Source of the DNA: Diadema antillarum
Lineage: Eukaryota
Reading direction: 5' to 3'
DNA length: 64,000 nucleotides
Assembly: GCF_040938485.1 (NCBI RefSeq)
Contig: NW_027272307.1
Coordinates: 372,001 to 436,000, forward strand
The translations under genes and the position numbers were made by a program. Below are positions 37,779 to 49,270 of this stretch, in pieces (position 1 is the first letter of the stretch; each line of letters begins with the position of its first letter). A model generated the notes under the pieces. That model was not told the DNA's origin. It made no database searches and was given only the letters and a program-made list of their open reading frames with translations.

Positions 37779-38468
37779 TGTGACCGTGCACCTCAAAACG
37801 AACATAAAGTCGCACACACTGATTTTGCGTGAGGACTGAAAATAAGTGAAATGAGTCAACCTAGCCGAACTTGACTTTTTCATATTTTCTGAAAGAGCGG
37901 GTCTTCTTTTACATTATGCTAAAATTTGGTATCATAAAACGGGCGAGAAAGTGTGTTTTTAGCAGTTTATCTCGAACATTTTTGGTAGAATAATGGATTA
38001 TGTGTGTCTTTAGAATCCCTTTGTCATTTCTGAAAAACCTTGTCCACACGCGCCACTTTCAACTCTAATAACTGTTGAAAGGATAGTGCTACTGCTTTGA
38101 AGTTGGCATTGATTATGAACAGAATGTGTTAATGAGGCATGCTCAATTTCAGTATAATCTGATAATCCTGTCATTGTTGTTACTTTGGTGGTTTACTTCC
38201 TGTTTTTTGTCCCATTCATCGCACAGCCAGCACGGTTTGGTAAAGATTAAGCGCTTGAATAGACACTGTACTTCAAAAGCCTCTTTTCTCAGTTCACACT
38301 TTTCCTGAGTTTGTGCTTTCTTTAGAATATTTAGATAGGTAAGGAGAGTCCATTTGATTTGAGTTATACATCATTTCAAAGCTTAAAGTCTGCTCTTTCA
38401 GAATTTATGGTCTTAACTAAAAATTCATGTCTGGCGACTTTGTGTTTGTTTTGAGGTGCAGGGTCACA
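37779..38468. mobile_element. TA-flanked non-autonomous DNA transposon, 690 bp
   Basis: ~35-bp TIR tgtgaccgtgcacctcaaaacgaacataaagtcgc / gcgactttgtgtttgttttgaggtgcagggtcaca, with TA on both sides. Confidence 0.85.
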
Positions 38469-39323
38469 TATTATATAAACTTTATTTATACTTATTATTT
38501 TGGGCTAATGTGCTGGGTTCGTTCGGGCCTGATTTTGGTTGTGATGGTAGTGGTTAATTGTGGCGCCTGGGTGTGAGTGTTGGTGATGGTGGTGGTGGGA
38601 TGTTTCGTCCGTGTGGGTGTGTGGACCTGGCGTGGGGGCTTGTGCTGCACGTCCACTCACGACGGCCACCAGGGAGAATTCCGCCCGACCATCCGGGGGT
38701 TGCATCTCTTTTGACTTTTGGGCGTTCTGCATGAATGATCACGGAGTATATAGCCTAGTCTCTTCCTGCCAGCCGTTTTCTCTAAAATCTAGAGAGTACA
38801 CCTTTCAAAGCAGCTCAACCAAATCATATGGTGATGTCAAAAAGACTTGCGCATGGAGACCAAACCCTCTGTTGTCCGGATCAAATGCCCACAATGTAGC
38901 TACAAAATAAAGAATTATTAACTCCCTTGAAACCACAATCCCAGAGGTAGGGCCTAAAGTGATTCTGTATACAAAAGGTTGTGAATAGTGATGATAGTTT
39001 CAATGCACCTGTTGGTAGACCTTAACCGTCTCTGAAAAGGATTTTTGACGCTATTAAAGTTTTCTTCCAGTATGGTCGAGGATTGAAGTTCAAAAGACTT
39101 GGAGTGGACAATGGATGGACAATGTGTAATTAAAGCCGGGTTTTCTACACGGATTACGTGAGGACTCCATGCACGGTTCAGTGTCAAGGCATTCTATACC
39201 CGTATTTGTTCGCTACTCATTAAAGGAAAGGCAGATATGGCGCAAAATGTACGAATGCATAATAATGTCACGTTTCACCCATTCACTGAATGCACATAAA
39301 GAAAGGCTCAAGTTGTCTCTCTC

Positions 39324-39710
39324 TTAAAGGAAACCCAAACCCAAAGACAAATGTGAATTGAATGAAAGCAGCAACATTTAGTTGAATACATCAGTTAAAA
39401 GTTGGAGGAAATTCGGACAATCGATGCAAAAGTTATGATTTTTTACAAATTTGGTCTTGGAACTGCTGGATGAGGAGACTACTTGAGTTTATGACATAAA
39501 ATGTGTGGACAACAATTATTATAAAGAAAATAAGATTAAACATCATTTCACTTTTCTATAAATGAAAGAGTACTTGACTAACTGCTTTCAGAAAGCAGGG
39601 GCTAGTGGGAATAATTACTACCCTTGAGATATGTGAGTATCAATTTGATGGAATGTGTACCAATTTTCATGAAAAATGTTTGGTTTTTTTTTTGGTGGAA
39701 TTCCCTTTAT
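39324..39710. mobile_element. Probable decayed TTAA-type MITE
   Basis: Starts ttaaaggaaaccc and ends ttccctttat. The TIR match is poor. Confidence 0.3.
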
Positions 39711-40559
39711 ATTTTGGAATAATTATGTTACCATGTACCACGAGGCACTCATGACTGGGATCAGTATCAGTGTGTACAGATTACCAGAGTGGAGGCCATT
39801 TTGGATACCATTTTGGCTGATTTGACAAAATCCCTCAACTGAATCATAAGTAGAAATGTTTCCTTTTCACCCTTTGTTCAATCTCCCGAATCACTTCAGA
39901 GCCGATATTTTTCACCACTTTTTTAATGAGAAGATGAGTTTCACCCCTACACATTATTTTTAGCGGCCACATTTATTTATGATTATCTCAAATTCCTAAA
40001 GGTTATGACAAGAATCTAATCATCTAGGTTTAGATTCAGCACCATGGAAACTGAGAAAAGCCATCTTTTTTTTTCATAATGAATTTATGAAAAAATGCGC
40101 ACACAAGATTTCAAGTTTTGGCGGCCACTGTGTCTTTGGCAATCATTTTTGTGGCCATCTTGAATATCTCAAAACATTCAAAGGCCAAACGTTATCCACA
40201 TCCAATTAAATTCAGATTTTTCGGTCATACCAGTACTGAATATCTCAGTGATTCAGGAGTTGCATCATCCAGACTCGAATTCAGCATTCTCCAAATAGGG
40301 TAACACCATCAAAAACATTGGAGCTCATTGGGCGGACTATAAAACAATCCGACTTCCGCATCCGCACCAGACCAGCGATCAGTATTGTACTCAAGATACA
40401 TCATCAGCTACGGATTTTATTTGTCCTAGTGCACTGCAAGCAAAATTTAGTTCAGCCGTGCACTGCATGCACAGGACCTAAAGTATAATCCGCCCTCTAT
40501 AGTTCAAATGTGTATATTCATCATAGCAGCGCCATACATACAACATAGAAGTAGGAAAT

Positions 40560-40869
40560 AGGTTACTTAGTGTACGAGTGGGACTCTCGTACACTTTCTT
40601 TACTAGTTTTGGCCTATAAATTGGAGCTACGATCCATCAGTACGAAAGCACATCACGGGAAGGTGATATGGATCATGCGTGATTTCCTTTGTGGATCATC
40701 GATAGTCATAGCCCTTGCAGTCCACAGAATTAAGTACGAAACTGCGTGTTTCTTCATTTCTTTCACGACATTACCTGACACACGAACTTGGGGGTCCGAA
40801 CCAAGAACAACTTGAAAGCTTTTGTGGGTCTACTCTCGTCAAGATATCGAATTAATAAAAGCCCAGGAG
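40560..40869 (+). promoter_or_regulatory. Probable CNTD1 promoter and non-coding first exon
   Basis: CpG-retaining tract ending at donor GAG|GTAACT (40869/40870). The first coding exon has its own acceptor (tgtag| at 42064) 32 nt before the ATG, which suggests an upstream exon. Confidence 0.4.
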
Positions 40870-42096
40870 GTAACTTGATCTTGTGAGTTGTGGTTCATAC
40901 TAATTACTAGATCTATTTCAGTACAAGTACCTGGTAGTGGTAGATCCTACGTACATTTTTGTACATGTAACGGTTAGACATCTATTGTGTTTCTGCTACT
41001 TCAACTAACGTTAGCTACATAGAGTTCTAACAATTGTTACAACTAGAATCCAGTCTAACAAACAAGTACCCAAGTAGCTTGCAGGATAAAGGCACGTGAA
41101 GAGAGTGACTTGATACAGGATTTGTTGCGTCTATTGACTATAGTCACGTGTGTCACCTTCTAACAACTTCTAATCCAATATTGAATAAAACTAAAAATTA
41201 GGTTGGTACTAACGTTATAAGGAAAACCCACACAAGCTTAACGTTAATTAATGACAATCTCTCTCTCGGGTCATTCACGTAACTTTCTCCCTAACGTTAT
41301 AAGAACCCTTCTAACGTTAGACATCTATCATTCTTGCTATCACCAGGCTAGAGATAGGGGCCTGTCCATTTTTTTTTCTTTGCAGTCCCAAAATAAAGGC
41401 ACAATGATTAACAGCGTTGAAACTAGATCTAACCTAGTTAGTAGATGGTCTAGAAGTACTTAGAAGCCTAGTTGTCTAGATCTAGTCAATAGTGAAGTTG
41501 CTTTTAGATTAGTCTGTTTTGACAGTTACAGGTACTTTTTCCATACAACATTACAAGTCTGCATCAAGATGTAGATACGTAGATCCTATTCTAACTGTTA
41601 GTCCTAATCCCCTATTTTGGAATCTTCAAGATCTCTTCTTACAATTCTAAATTTTGATAAGGTGTCACAATAATCAGAAAAAGTGTCATCAGTAATTGTA
41701 GCCGTCTTGATATTTTTACACATGTTTAAAATCATTTGGAATTATGACCCAGCCAAGCAAGGTTTATGCAGGGAATGATTTGCTTTGTTGAGAACTAGAT
41801 CTACTAAACACTTTTCAACATGTTTGTACCGAGTACCTGGTACCATGCCTATTAGAATAGTAGTGTATCAATAAATCATGTTGTAATGTATCTCATGTTT
41901 ATCTGATATTGCTACTACTATGGTAGGCACCTGAAGTAATGAATGGAGTAATCAGATGAAATTAACTGCCAACACTTGCTTGAAGTTCAAATATAGAGAA
42001 GAGTATGCATAAATTCACTGTGACGCGGTGAATTTTGTTTGTGATTTGTTTTCATTGCATGTAGGCCTTTCCGAGAAGATCACCTAAAGTCCTAAC

Positions 42097-42271
42097 ATGG
42101 CATGCTCTCAGATTTTCGGGACACCACCAGAACCTGTCTTTAACATGAAAGGTTGCTGCTTATCAGAGGGTCTCCTGGAAGAACTGCTAATCACCCAAGC
42201 TTCTTCCAATGAAGCAAACATTCAAAATGTCTCTGCACATTATGGCGTCTTCAGGTGTGGGCAGTTGGCAG
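42097..42271 (+). CDS. CNTD1: CNTD1 coding exon 1
   Basis: aacATG start, MACSQIFG...FRCGQLA, donor G|gtaagc (phase 1). Confidence 0.9.
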
Positions 42272-45200
42272 GTAAGCATTGACTTGAGTGGAAAGATTTA
42301 ATGTACAATGCTCTGTAGGTAAACAGTAGCTTTTTATTTATGCTGTGCATCCTTTATTTACCCATAACAAGTTAGCTATCAAATATGTAAGGAAAGAGTT
42401 ATTATCTTATGTCCAATGGTTCCCAGGGAGATATTAAGAGCTCACTACTCATGATTTTGTGAAGCTTGTTTTGTACTCATGTAGGTAGATTACTGACCAT
42501 GTTACATGGGATCATTATAAGACAGCAAAGGTGTGCATGTAAGTTTGCATCATGTATGAATAAAAAGGGGAGGGTTTTGTAGACGCAAGTGTAGCCCCCC
42601 ATGGAGTCACAGGTTGTGCCCCAAATTCTGAAACAAATAAAAGAAACAAAAACTGATACATTTTAAGATTCCTTTCTTAATCAAAGGTGATATCTAGAAC
42701 AGAAACTCAGGGAGTTACAGATGTTTTGTAGTTGAAACTGCCCCCCCCCCCCCACACACACACACCTGTTTACTTTCTAAAAGAAGTTGTGGGGGTGGGG
42801 TGTCAATGAAAATATTATGTATAACCATTTTGAAAAACAAAAATTGATCACTTTACCACTCATGAAATTGTGACACATGTAACCTGCAATCTTTTTTATC
42901 TTCTCTGCCCAGTTGAGCAGTGGTTGTATGCCTTTCATTTTCTTCATTTCTGTTTGAACACTTCCTGAGAGAGGATCATGCTAGATGGCTGTGTGACATG
43001 AGCCCCAAATTATTTCACATCTTCAGTAGATGGTTGTGACTATTTTTTTTTCAGGCATTTTCATATGAAGGTGGAACACTTTATTCTGATCAGTCTACGG
43101 AGATGCATGTTAATGGGAAATGTACAGGACTTCTTCCAGTACTAATTATAGCAAAACAGGTCATAAAATGGCTGGGATGGATGGTGGCCCAGAGTATTCA
43201 TCCTGCAGTTTTTGTTATTTATATGATTTTTGTCATTATCACAAGTTATGTTAAAGAGTAGAATCAAGATGGGAATAAAGTGTTCACTGTATGCCATGTT
43301 ATCTTTTTTTCATTTTCCATGTTTGATGCATGTTGATACAAATGTATAAATGATATCTCATTTTCAGAGTGCATCTTCACCATATGTGAGAGATTTAAAC
43401 AACCACATGAGACAAGATTCATTGCAGTGGAGTTATTTGACAGGTATTTATCTTCTTTTAAAATTTAACGTGAAACTTTTCCTGCCTTGCTAAACCTTGC
43501 GAACATGTCATCAATGAAAATGTTGTAGTGCTCTATTAAATGTAAAAAGGTTCTTATAAAAGGAAAAGGACCAACCTCAACATCTTGGTTTGAAACAGGA
43601 GTTACAGATTGGAAAAGAATGGAATAATTCTCACTAAAATTACAAATGGGTTAATCACATTAGCCTTCTTGATCAATTGAATTTACTGTCACCTTGCTCA
43701 CTAGTGCTCAATGAACTCAAAGTACTAGGTGAAAAGAAGAGCTGACTGACTTGAATCTAAAGTAATGTATCCTTAGCATCTCATCTTGAGTCAGTGGCAA
43801 AAACAGATCAACAATTAATTTAGCTAGCATTAAAGCTGCAAGTGTCTTTATTACAGAGAATAAACTTTCACAAGCACAAATGTTGACTTGCCATGACTGT
43901 ATGCACCTCACTAATATTTGGTCTCAAATGTAAAGTGAGCTTTCAGTTGAAGGACACATGTTTGTGTGAGGGTGGTTTGAGATGTGCTGAATGTGTTATG
44001 TACAATAAAGGACCGTTGGGTACATGTTATGCCATCGCAAATGTCTGTCTTGTAATCCTAATGCACTGATGATCATCATTTTTTTTTTCAGGTTTATGAG
44101 GGCGTACATTCTCCAGCTAAGAGAAAAGTCGTCTGAGAGCCTTTGTGCTGTAAAAGGCAGAATACAGAAGAAGCATTCGTCATCCAGGAGTGATGAATGG
44201 AGAACATCTATCAGAAGGCTGTGTAAACAGACCCTGGTCTTCATGGTTTCTTGTGTACAGATAGCGTCAAAGCTGTGTTCACACTACAAGGTATTACTAC
44301 GGTGACTAATTAAATAGTCACCGCTGTAAAAGTGAATATTTTTACATGACAATTTTTCATGCTTGGCCGGGTAAGAAGTGTTTCGCATGTTTTTAACTCC
44401 ACTGAATAAAGACATCAACTACTGGAACATATGGCAAACAAAACTATTCGTGTGCTTTTATTTTGGCACTAGTTTCTGATTGCGCGAAATGCATGAAAAT
44501 TTCAACACCGTGAAAATTTCCACTTTCTCAGTACTAGTAATGAATTGTTCTGCAGTGTGATGTATGCTATAGCTCATAGCTGTGATTCTGTTTGCACATC
44601 ACTGTGTTGTGAAATGAGACTTGCCTTCCTGTTCATTTTTGAACAGAAGGATGTGTATGAGCACCAAGGTAGGTTTGTATTCATTATTATTTTTTTGCAT
44701 ACATTACAATAGAAGGCTAATATATGACGGTGCAGTTTCCCAGGTTAACTGTTGATACTTATGACATTTGAAAAGTTTGTAACATTTCTGATATTGAATG
44801 TACTTGTAGTAGGATGTGGCTAAAAATTGCAGTGAACTGCTGTATTTACAACATTTTAGCAGTTTTAAAATGCAGTTTTTCTCTGAAATTCTCTTTCATC
44901 CTAGAAGCATTGATATAGTTTTGATACCTTATTACCAAGTTCGTGTGTTTTGTTGTTTATTTCAGTGATACAGGCAAAGCCTTATGCATTGGTGAAGTAG
45001 TAAACATTAATCTTCAAGTTGTTTAGAGTTTTGTCCTGAGCATAATTATAACCTGTTCCCTCCAAGATAAGATAACTTTCCATTTTGCAGCTGATTGACA
45101 AATTGCCCTACATCGCCGTGAATATTTACATCGATGCAGTAGGGCAATTTGTCAATCAGTTGCAATGAAAACATATCGACCGAAAAATTTCATGAATTTG

Positions 45201-48200
45201 AATAACTTTCCATATGTTTGATTTGTTTGATTCATGTCGTGTCTAGTTGCCAATGGATTAACAATCAACCAGCATTATTCTGGATTATTCACCTTGCCGA
45301 TTCTATGGCACAGATTATCTCATGTCGACGGTGTGCAGAAATGCTACAGGAAAAGGGTCATCGCTACTCCACCAGCAAGGTGCTTTCCTCTGAGATGGTT
45401 GTCCTAAAGACACTCGACTACAACCTCCATACTCCCAGTCCACTCAGCTACGTGGAGACTCTGCTAGAAATTATGGGTAGGTCTACTAGGAGTACACTGT
45501 AGCATGGAATTATAGCAGTTGCTGTTTGATTTTTGCTTTTTCTTTGTTTTGTTTGTTTATTTGTTTTTGCTGTGTGAGAATTGATTGTAATGAAGTATAT
45601 TGGAGTTTCTCAGTGTGTTTTCCTAAACAAATAGTGGAATGCCAGCACATTGGTCAAATATCATAGAAGAACAAACGGAGCATATGGAAAAAAATATTTC
45701 CATGCAGACATCGACTTATGTTGTAATACAGGGTCTGTCATGAAGGGCATCCAGCGCTTATGTTGCAAAAGTGCCTTAGTTGTTTCATTGCAATGACATC
45801 ATAGCATCAAACTTGTTCTTGTTTTGCATTATGCAAATTGTACTGTCATGGATCTCCAATCTGCTCCAAGCAAACTGACCTAATATTGAATTTTCTCTAA
45901 TGTATTTGAGTCATTTGGACACCCTTTCATTATGAGATAAGTATTTGTAAAAAAAAAAAATAGGTATCGTAATGTTATGCCTTTCTGTGTCGAAGACAGA
46001 AAATAATTAGTGAGGCTATGCTACTCTAGGATTAAAATGATAGTTTTTCGACATTGATCCAAGCTGAATTTCTAAACACATTACTTTTGATTTGTGTGTA
46101 ATGTAGGGCAGAAATGGCAAAATGAATTTTTGGCAACCATATCCTTCTAATGATAACAATACAGAGTGTGGCAAACGCTGGGGGCACAACGGGCGCACCC
46201 CCTTCCCTTTATTTTTTGTTAAAACAAAAATAAAATGAAAATATGAAATGTAACCTGAAGTAACACCAGAAATATTTTATGGGTCCCCCCCCCCCCTTTA
46301 TGGAATTCCTGGATCCGCCCCTGCAATATCACCTTATTTCAGGACTGTCTTGAAAATTTATACAGTGTTACACGTGGTCAAACCATAATCATTGCTTGCA
46401 TCATCAGTTGTGAACACACAACACACACAACACACACAACATGCGCTTGGAAAAAGTGATATACCAATACAGTGGCGGATTCAGAATATATGGGGGCACA
46501 CTGGGCGCCCCCCCTCCCCTTTATTTTTTTGTTAAAACAAAGAAATAAAATGAAAAAATGAAATGTAACTCGAAGTAACACCAGAAATAGTTTTTGTGCC
46601 CCCCCTTTTACAGAATTCCTGGATCCGCCCCTGCAATATCACCTTATTTCATGACTGTTTATGTAAATTTATACAGTGTTACATGTGGTCAAACCATAAT
46701 CATTGCTTGCATCATCAGTTGTGAATACTCCCATTCAACCCAGGTCATAATGATCCAGAATCCCAGGTCAAAATTCTTCATGAGACATGTTTGAAGATAC
46801 TGGATGTGGTGTACATCAATAGAAAACAGATGTACGGAAGACTGCTGCAACTTGCTGTAGGAGATAGTCCAGTCAGTGAACGAACAAGGTACCATCATTT
46901 GTTGCTTTAACTAGTGTGATCCTCTGGTTAGCTTGAAGAGTCGAGTATCAAGTATTTCTTTCTTTTTCTGTCAATAGATTGAGCAATAAGTAGTGTGGCT
47001 GGCCTATGTTGTCATTTTGTTTGTGTTAAAACTATCTTAGTGACATATACAAATAGCATAAAGCAACCACTATTATAGGTTACTTTCTTTTGTTATTTTT
47101 TTGTGTAAATTTAATGAGACGTTTGCAAGAAAAACTGAACATCGTCATTGCGTATAATGAAAATATCTTTAGCATTGAGAGAAAAGAATAAATTCAGTCC
47201 ATACTGTTGGTCATCACTACCTAACCTGGAGGTATTGTGAAGATGTTTCTTTAATTTTAGACTTTCACCCAGTGTAAATGGCAAGCCTGAAACCAGTCAG
47301 AATGTTCTTGTTCTTAATGTTCTTGAGTATCTTGTTTTTATCATATAAAACTCAGATATCAAGTAATTTGCCTACACAAAGAACATTCAAGTCCTGCTAC
47401 GCAGTGAGTGTTTCTGTGCAATCATAATTAACATTCATGTTTCCAATCTCCATATAATGCTTTTTCCCCTGATGATTACAACAGATGCATGAGATTGTCA
47501 CATCCAACTTTTTACAGGTGGAAAACTCAACTGTATTGTATCTTCAATTTGTAATCTTATTTGAGATGGATTTTTCCGTAGTTTCACAAAATAATAACTG
47601 AAATTCCCCTATGATATGCATTTGTATTATTGACACGATACATCTACTTGTTTAATGATTTTGCTGTCTATGTATTTTGGATGCTGATATTACATATTGT
47701 ATATAGTGATGTAACAATAGTTATTCACATTGTCATTTTACTCCCTCCTACCTTTGCAGGTCTAAATTTGCCATGGTGGAGAATGACCTAATGCTGCTTG
47801 CCACAGCGATCATTGGGGCTGCTTCTCACTTCGTTGACATGTCTGCTACTGCTACGGTATGAACTTTAAAGTTTGTGTAAGGGGTAATTTTTGTGTTATT
47901 GGTTTTGTTCTGAATGTAAATGAACATCATGAAATTCTGTGTACTTAATCAGGCACAACAAACATCAAACACCAACAAACAAACAATTGACACTAGACAC
48001 GCTTACTCAAGAAAGGTTGAAAAACTTAGCATATCCAGTCACATTTAAGTTGATGCATATCCCCAACAAGTCAAGCTGATTGATTCTGCTTTATTTGTTG
48101 TATTGTGTGTGTAAAGGAGGGGGGGGGGGGGGTAAATATCACTCCCCCTCCTAGCATTGCTGTACACCCAAGTGTTGTAGCAATATTAATTCACTTGCTC

Positions 48201-49270
48201 ATCAGAGAGTTGTTGATTTAAGCCTGTCGCACACTAAATGACTCATGACTATAGGATGGACAGGTCTTTGAATCCGAAATAAATCACAGCCTCAGAATGA
48301 ACATGCTTGTTTATTTCAGATCCAAAGTCAGCCAGTCATGTAGGCGTGAGTCGTATGGTATACGGCAGGCTTTAGGTGAAGTAATTATGTTGAAGACATG
48401 TTGAACCAGTACGGTTGGTTGGGATTAAATAAATTTATGATAGAAATGTAGTTCCTGTATGATTTACTACGAGGGAAATTGGGATGTGTATTTATAATGG
48501 AAGAGACAAAAGAAATGTGTACAAGTGTATATCAAGCCCACAAAATTTTACATTTTGATATGGCGCATAAATGAATGTATTGGCTGAAAAAAAAAGGAAA
48601 TGTTGAAATTCACTTTGAATTTAAGATGTGGAGTTTGGCCACTGAAAGATAACCTTTTGTGAAATTTGGTGGCCCAACATGAATTTTTAGTGGTCCCCGG
48701 GTCACAAGGCCACTGGACCACTGCTAATGTCATACTCTGCATATACACTGTATCTATTTCTCTTTCGGAAAGATGCATTTTTTTGAATTCATGAAATGTT
48801 GTGTAGTGGTCAATCCATCTCTTCTGATATTGGTGCAGCTCAAAACTGGTATATGGGATTCCATTATAATGATTGATGACTTCGTGTCAAAAGAGCCTGC
48901 AATCAGAAATGCAAATGCCAATTGATTACCATCGCATGCAGATTAAGCTTGAATATGACCATGTAAGTTCTCTCTTTTTTTTTAATCATCTTCAACTAAG
49001 AATGACAATTGATCGATGAGGAACATTATAGGGGATGGACAGTGGAAGATGGATCAATCTTGTGAATTTCATTTGTACACTTTTTCATTAGGAATATGGT
49101 TGTCTGCATTAAGAGGATGAGTAGCAACTCTGATTTGTCCAGTGAAGAAAGGTCATATTCTCTTGCATCAAATGCTACAGGTTGTTGAACACCTTGCCAG
49201 GATCACAAAGATTCCCAACGATGACATCACAGACTTCTCATCCATCATCGTCGCTATTATATTAGGCTGA
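42097..49270 (+). CDS. CNTD1: Cyclin N-terminal domain-containing protein 1 (COSA-1 ortholog, meiotic crossover factor), 314 aa; join(42097-42271,43368-43443,44092-44290,45314-45476,46744-46888,47760-47856,49181-49270)
   Basis: All six introns are GT-AG with matching phases, and the 945-nt CDS is open. Peptides match recalled human CNTD1 in order: FIAVELFDRFM (YQAVEILERFM), VSCVQIASKL (VSCVQLASKL), PSPLSYVETLLEIMG (PTPLAYVETLLEVLG), LHETCLKILDVVY (LHATCLTLLDLVY), DLMLLATAIIGAAS (DFMLLAVGIIAAS), VVEHLARIT (VVGHLQSIT). Confidence 0.95.
43368..43443 (+). CDS. CNTD1: CNTD1 coding exon 2
   Basis: ttttcag| ECIFTICERFKQPHETRFIAVELFD |gtattt. Confidence 0.92.
44092..44290 (+). CDS. CNTD1: CNTD1 coding exon 3
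   Basis: ttttttcag| RFMRAY...VSCVQIASKLCSHYK |gtatta. Confidence 0.95.
44324..44531. mobile_element. Decayed CTGTAAAAGTG-type MITE in CNTD1 intron 3
   Basis: Ends ctgtaaaagtgaatatt / atttccactttctcag. TA is present on the right flank only. Confidence 0.5.
45314..45476 (+). CDS. CNTD1: CNTD1 coding exon 4
   Basis: cacag| IISCRRC...PSPLSYVETLLEIM |gtaggt. Confidence 0.95.
46470..46633. mobile_element. hAT-like MITE (CAGGGGCGGATCCAG-type TIR), with a second decayed copy at 46162-46323
   Basis: TIR cagtggcggattcag / ctggatccgcccctg. Both copies are flanked by caata on each side. Confidence 0.7.
46744..46888 (+). CDS. CNTD1: CNTD1 coding exon 5
   Basis: cccag| GHNDPESQVKILHETCLKILDVVY...SERT |gtacca. 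Confidence 0.92.
47760..47856 (+). CDS. CNTD1: CNTD1 coding exon 6
   Basis: cctttgcag| RSKFAMVENDLMLLATAIIGAASHFVDMSATAT |gtatga. Confidence 0.93.
48221..48371. mobile_element. Harbinger-type MITE in CNTD1 intron 6, 151 bp
   Basis: Imperfect 25-bp TIR agcctgtcgcacactaaatgactca / tgagtcgtatggtatacggcaggct with an exact TTA target duplication. Confidence 0.65.
49181..49270 (+). CDS. CNTD1: CNTD1 coding exon 7 (terminal)
   Basis: ctacag| VVEHLARITKIPNDDITDFSSIIVAIILG* (TGA at 49268-49270). Confidence 0.92.
   Translation, partial: VVEHLARITKIPNDDITDFSSIIVAIILG

Noticed and set aside
4785-37783. Many short ORFs with THTH/VCVC/MMM/DDD/YIYI runs
   Set aside because: They are translations of microsatellites.
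38520-39220. Coding-like tract, possibly a Penelope/GIY-YIG remnant
   Set aside because: Only vague Cys-pattern similarity, with no diagnostic motif in any frame. It needs TBLASTX.
40500-40870. Head-to-head COA3 gene as at the mammalian CNTD1 locus
   Set aside because: I found no COA3-like peptide on the minus strand.
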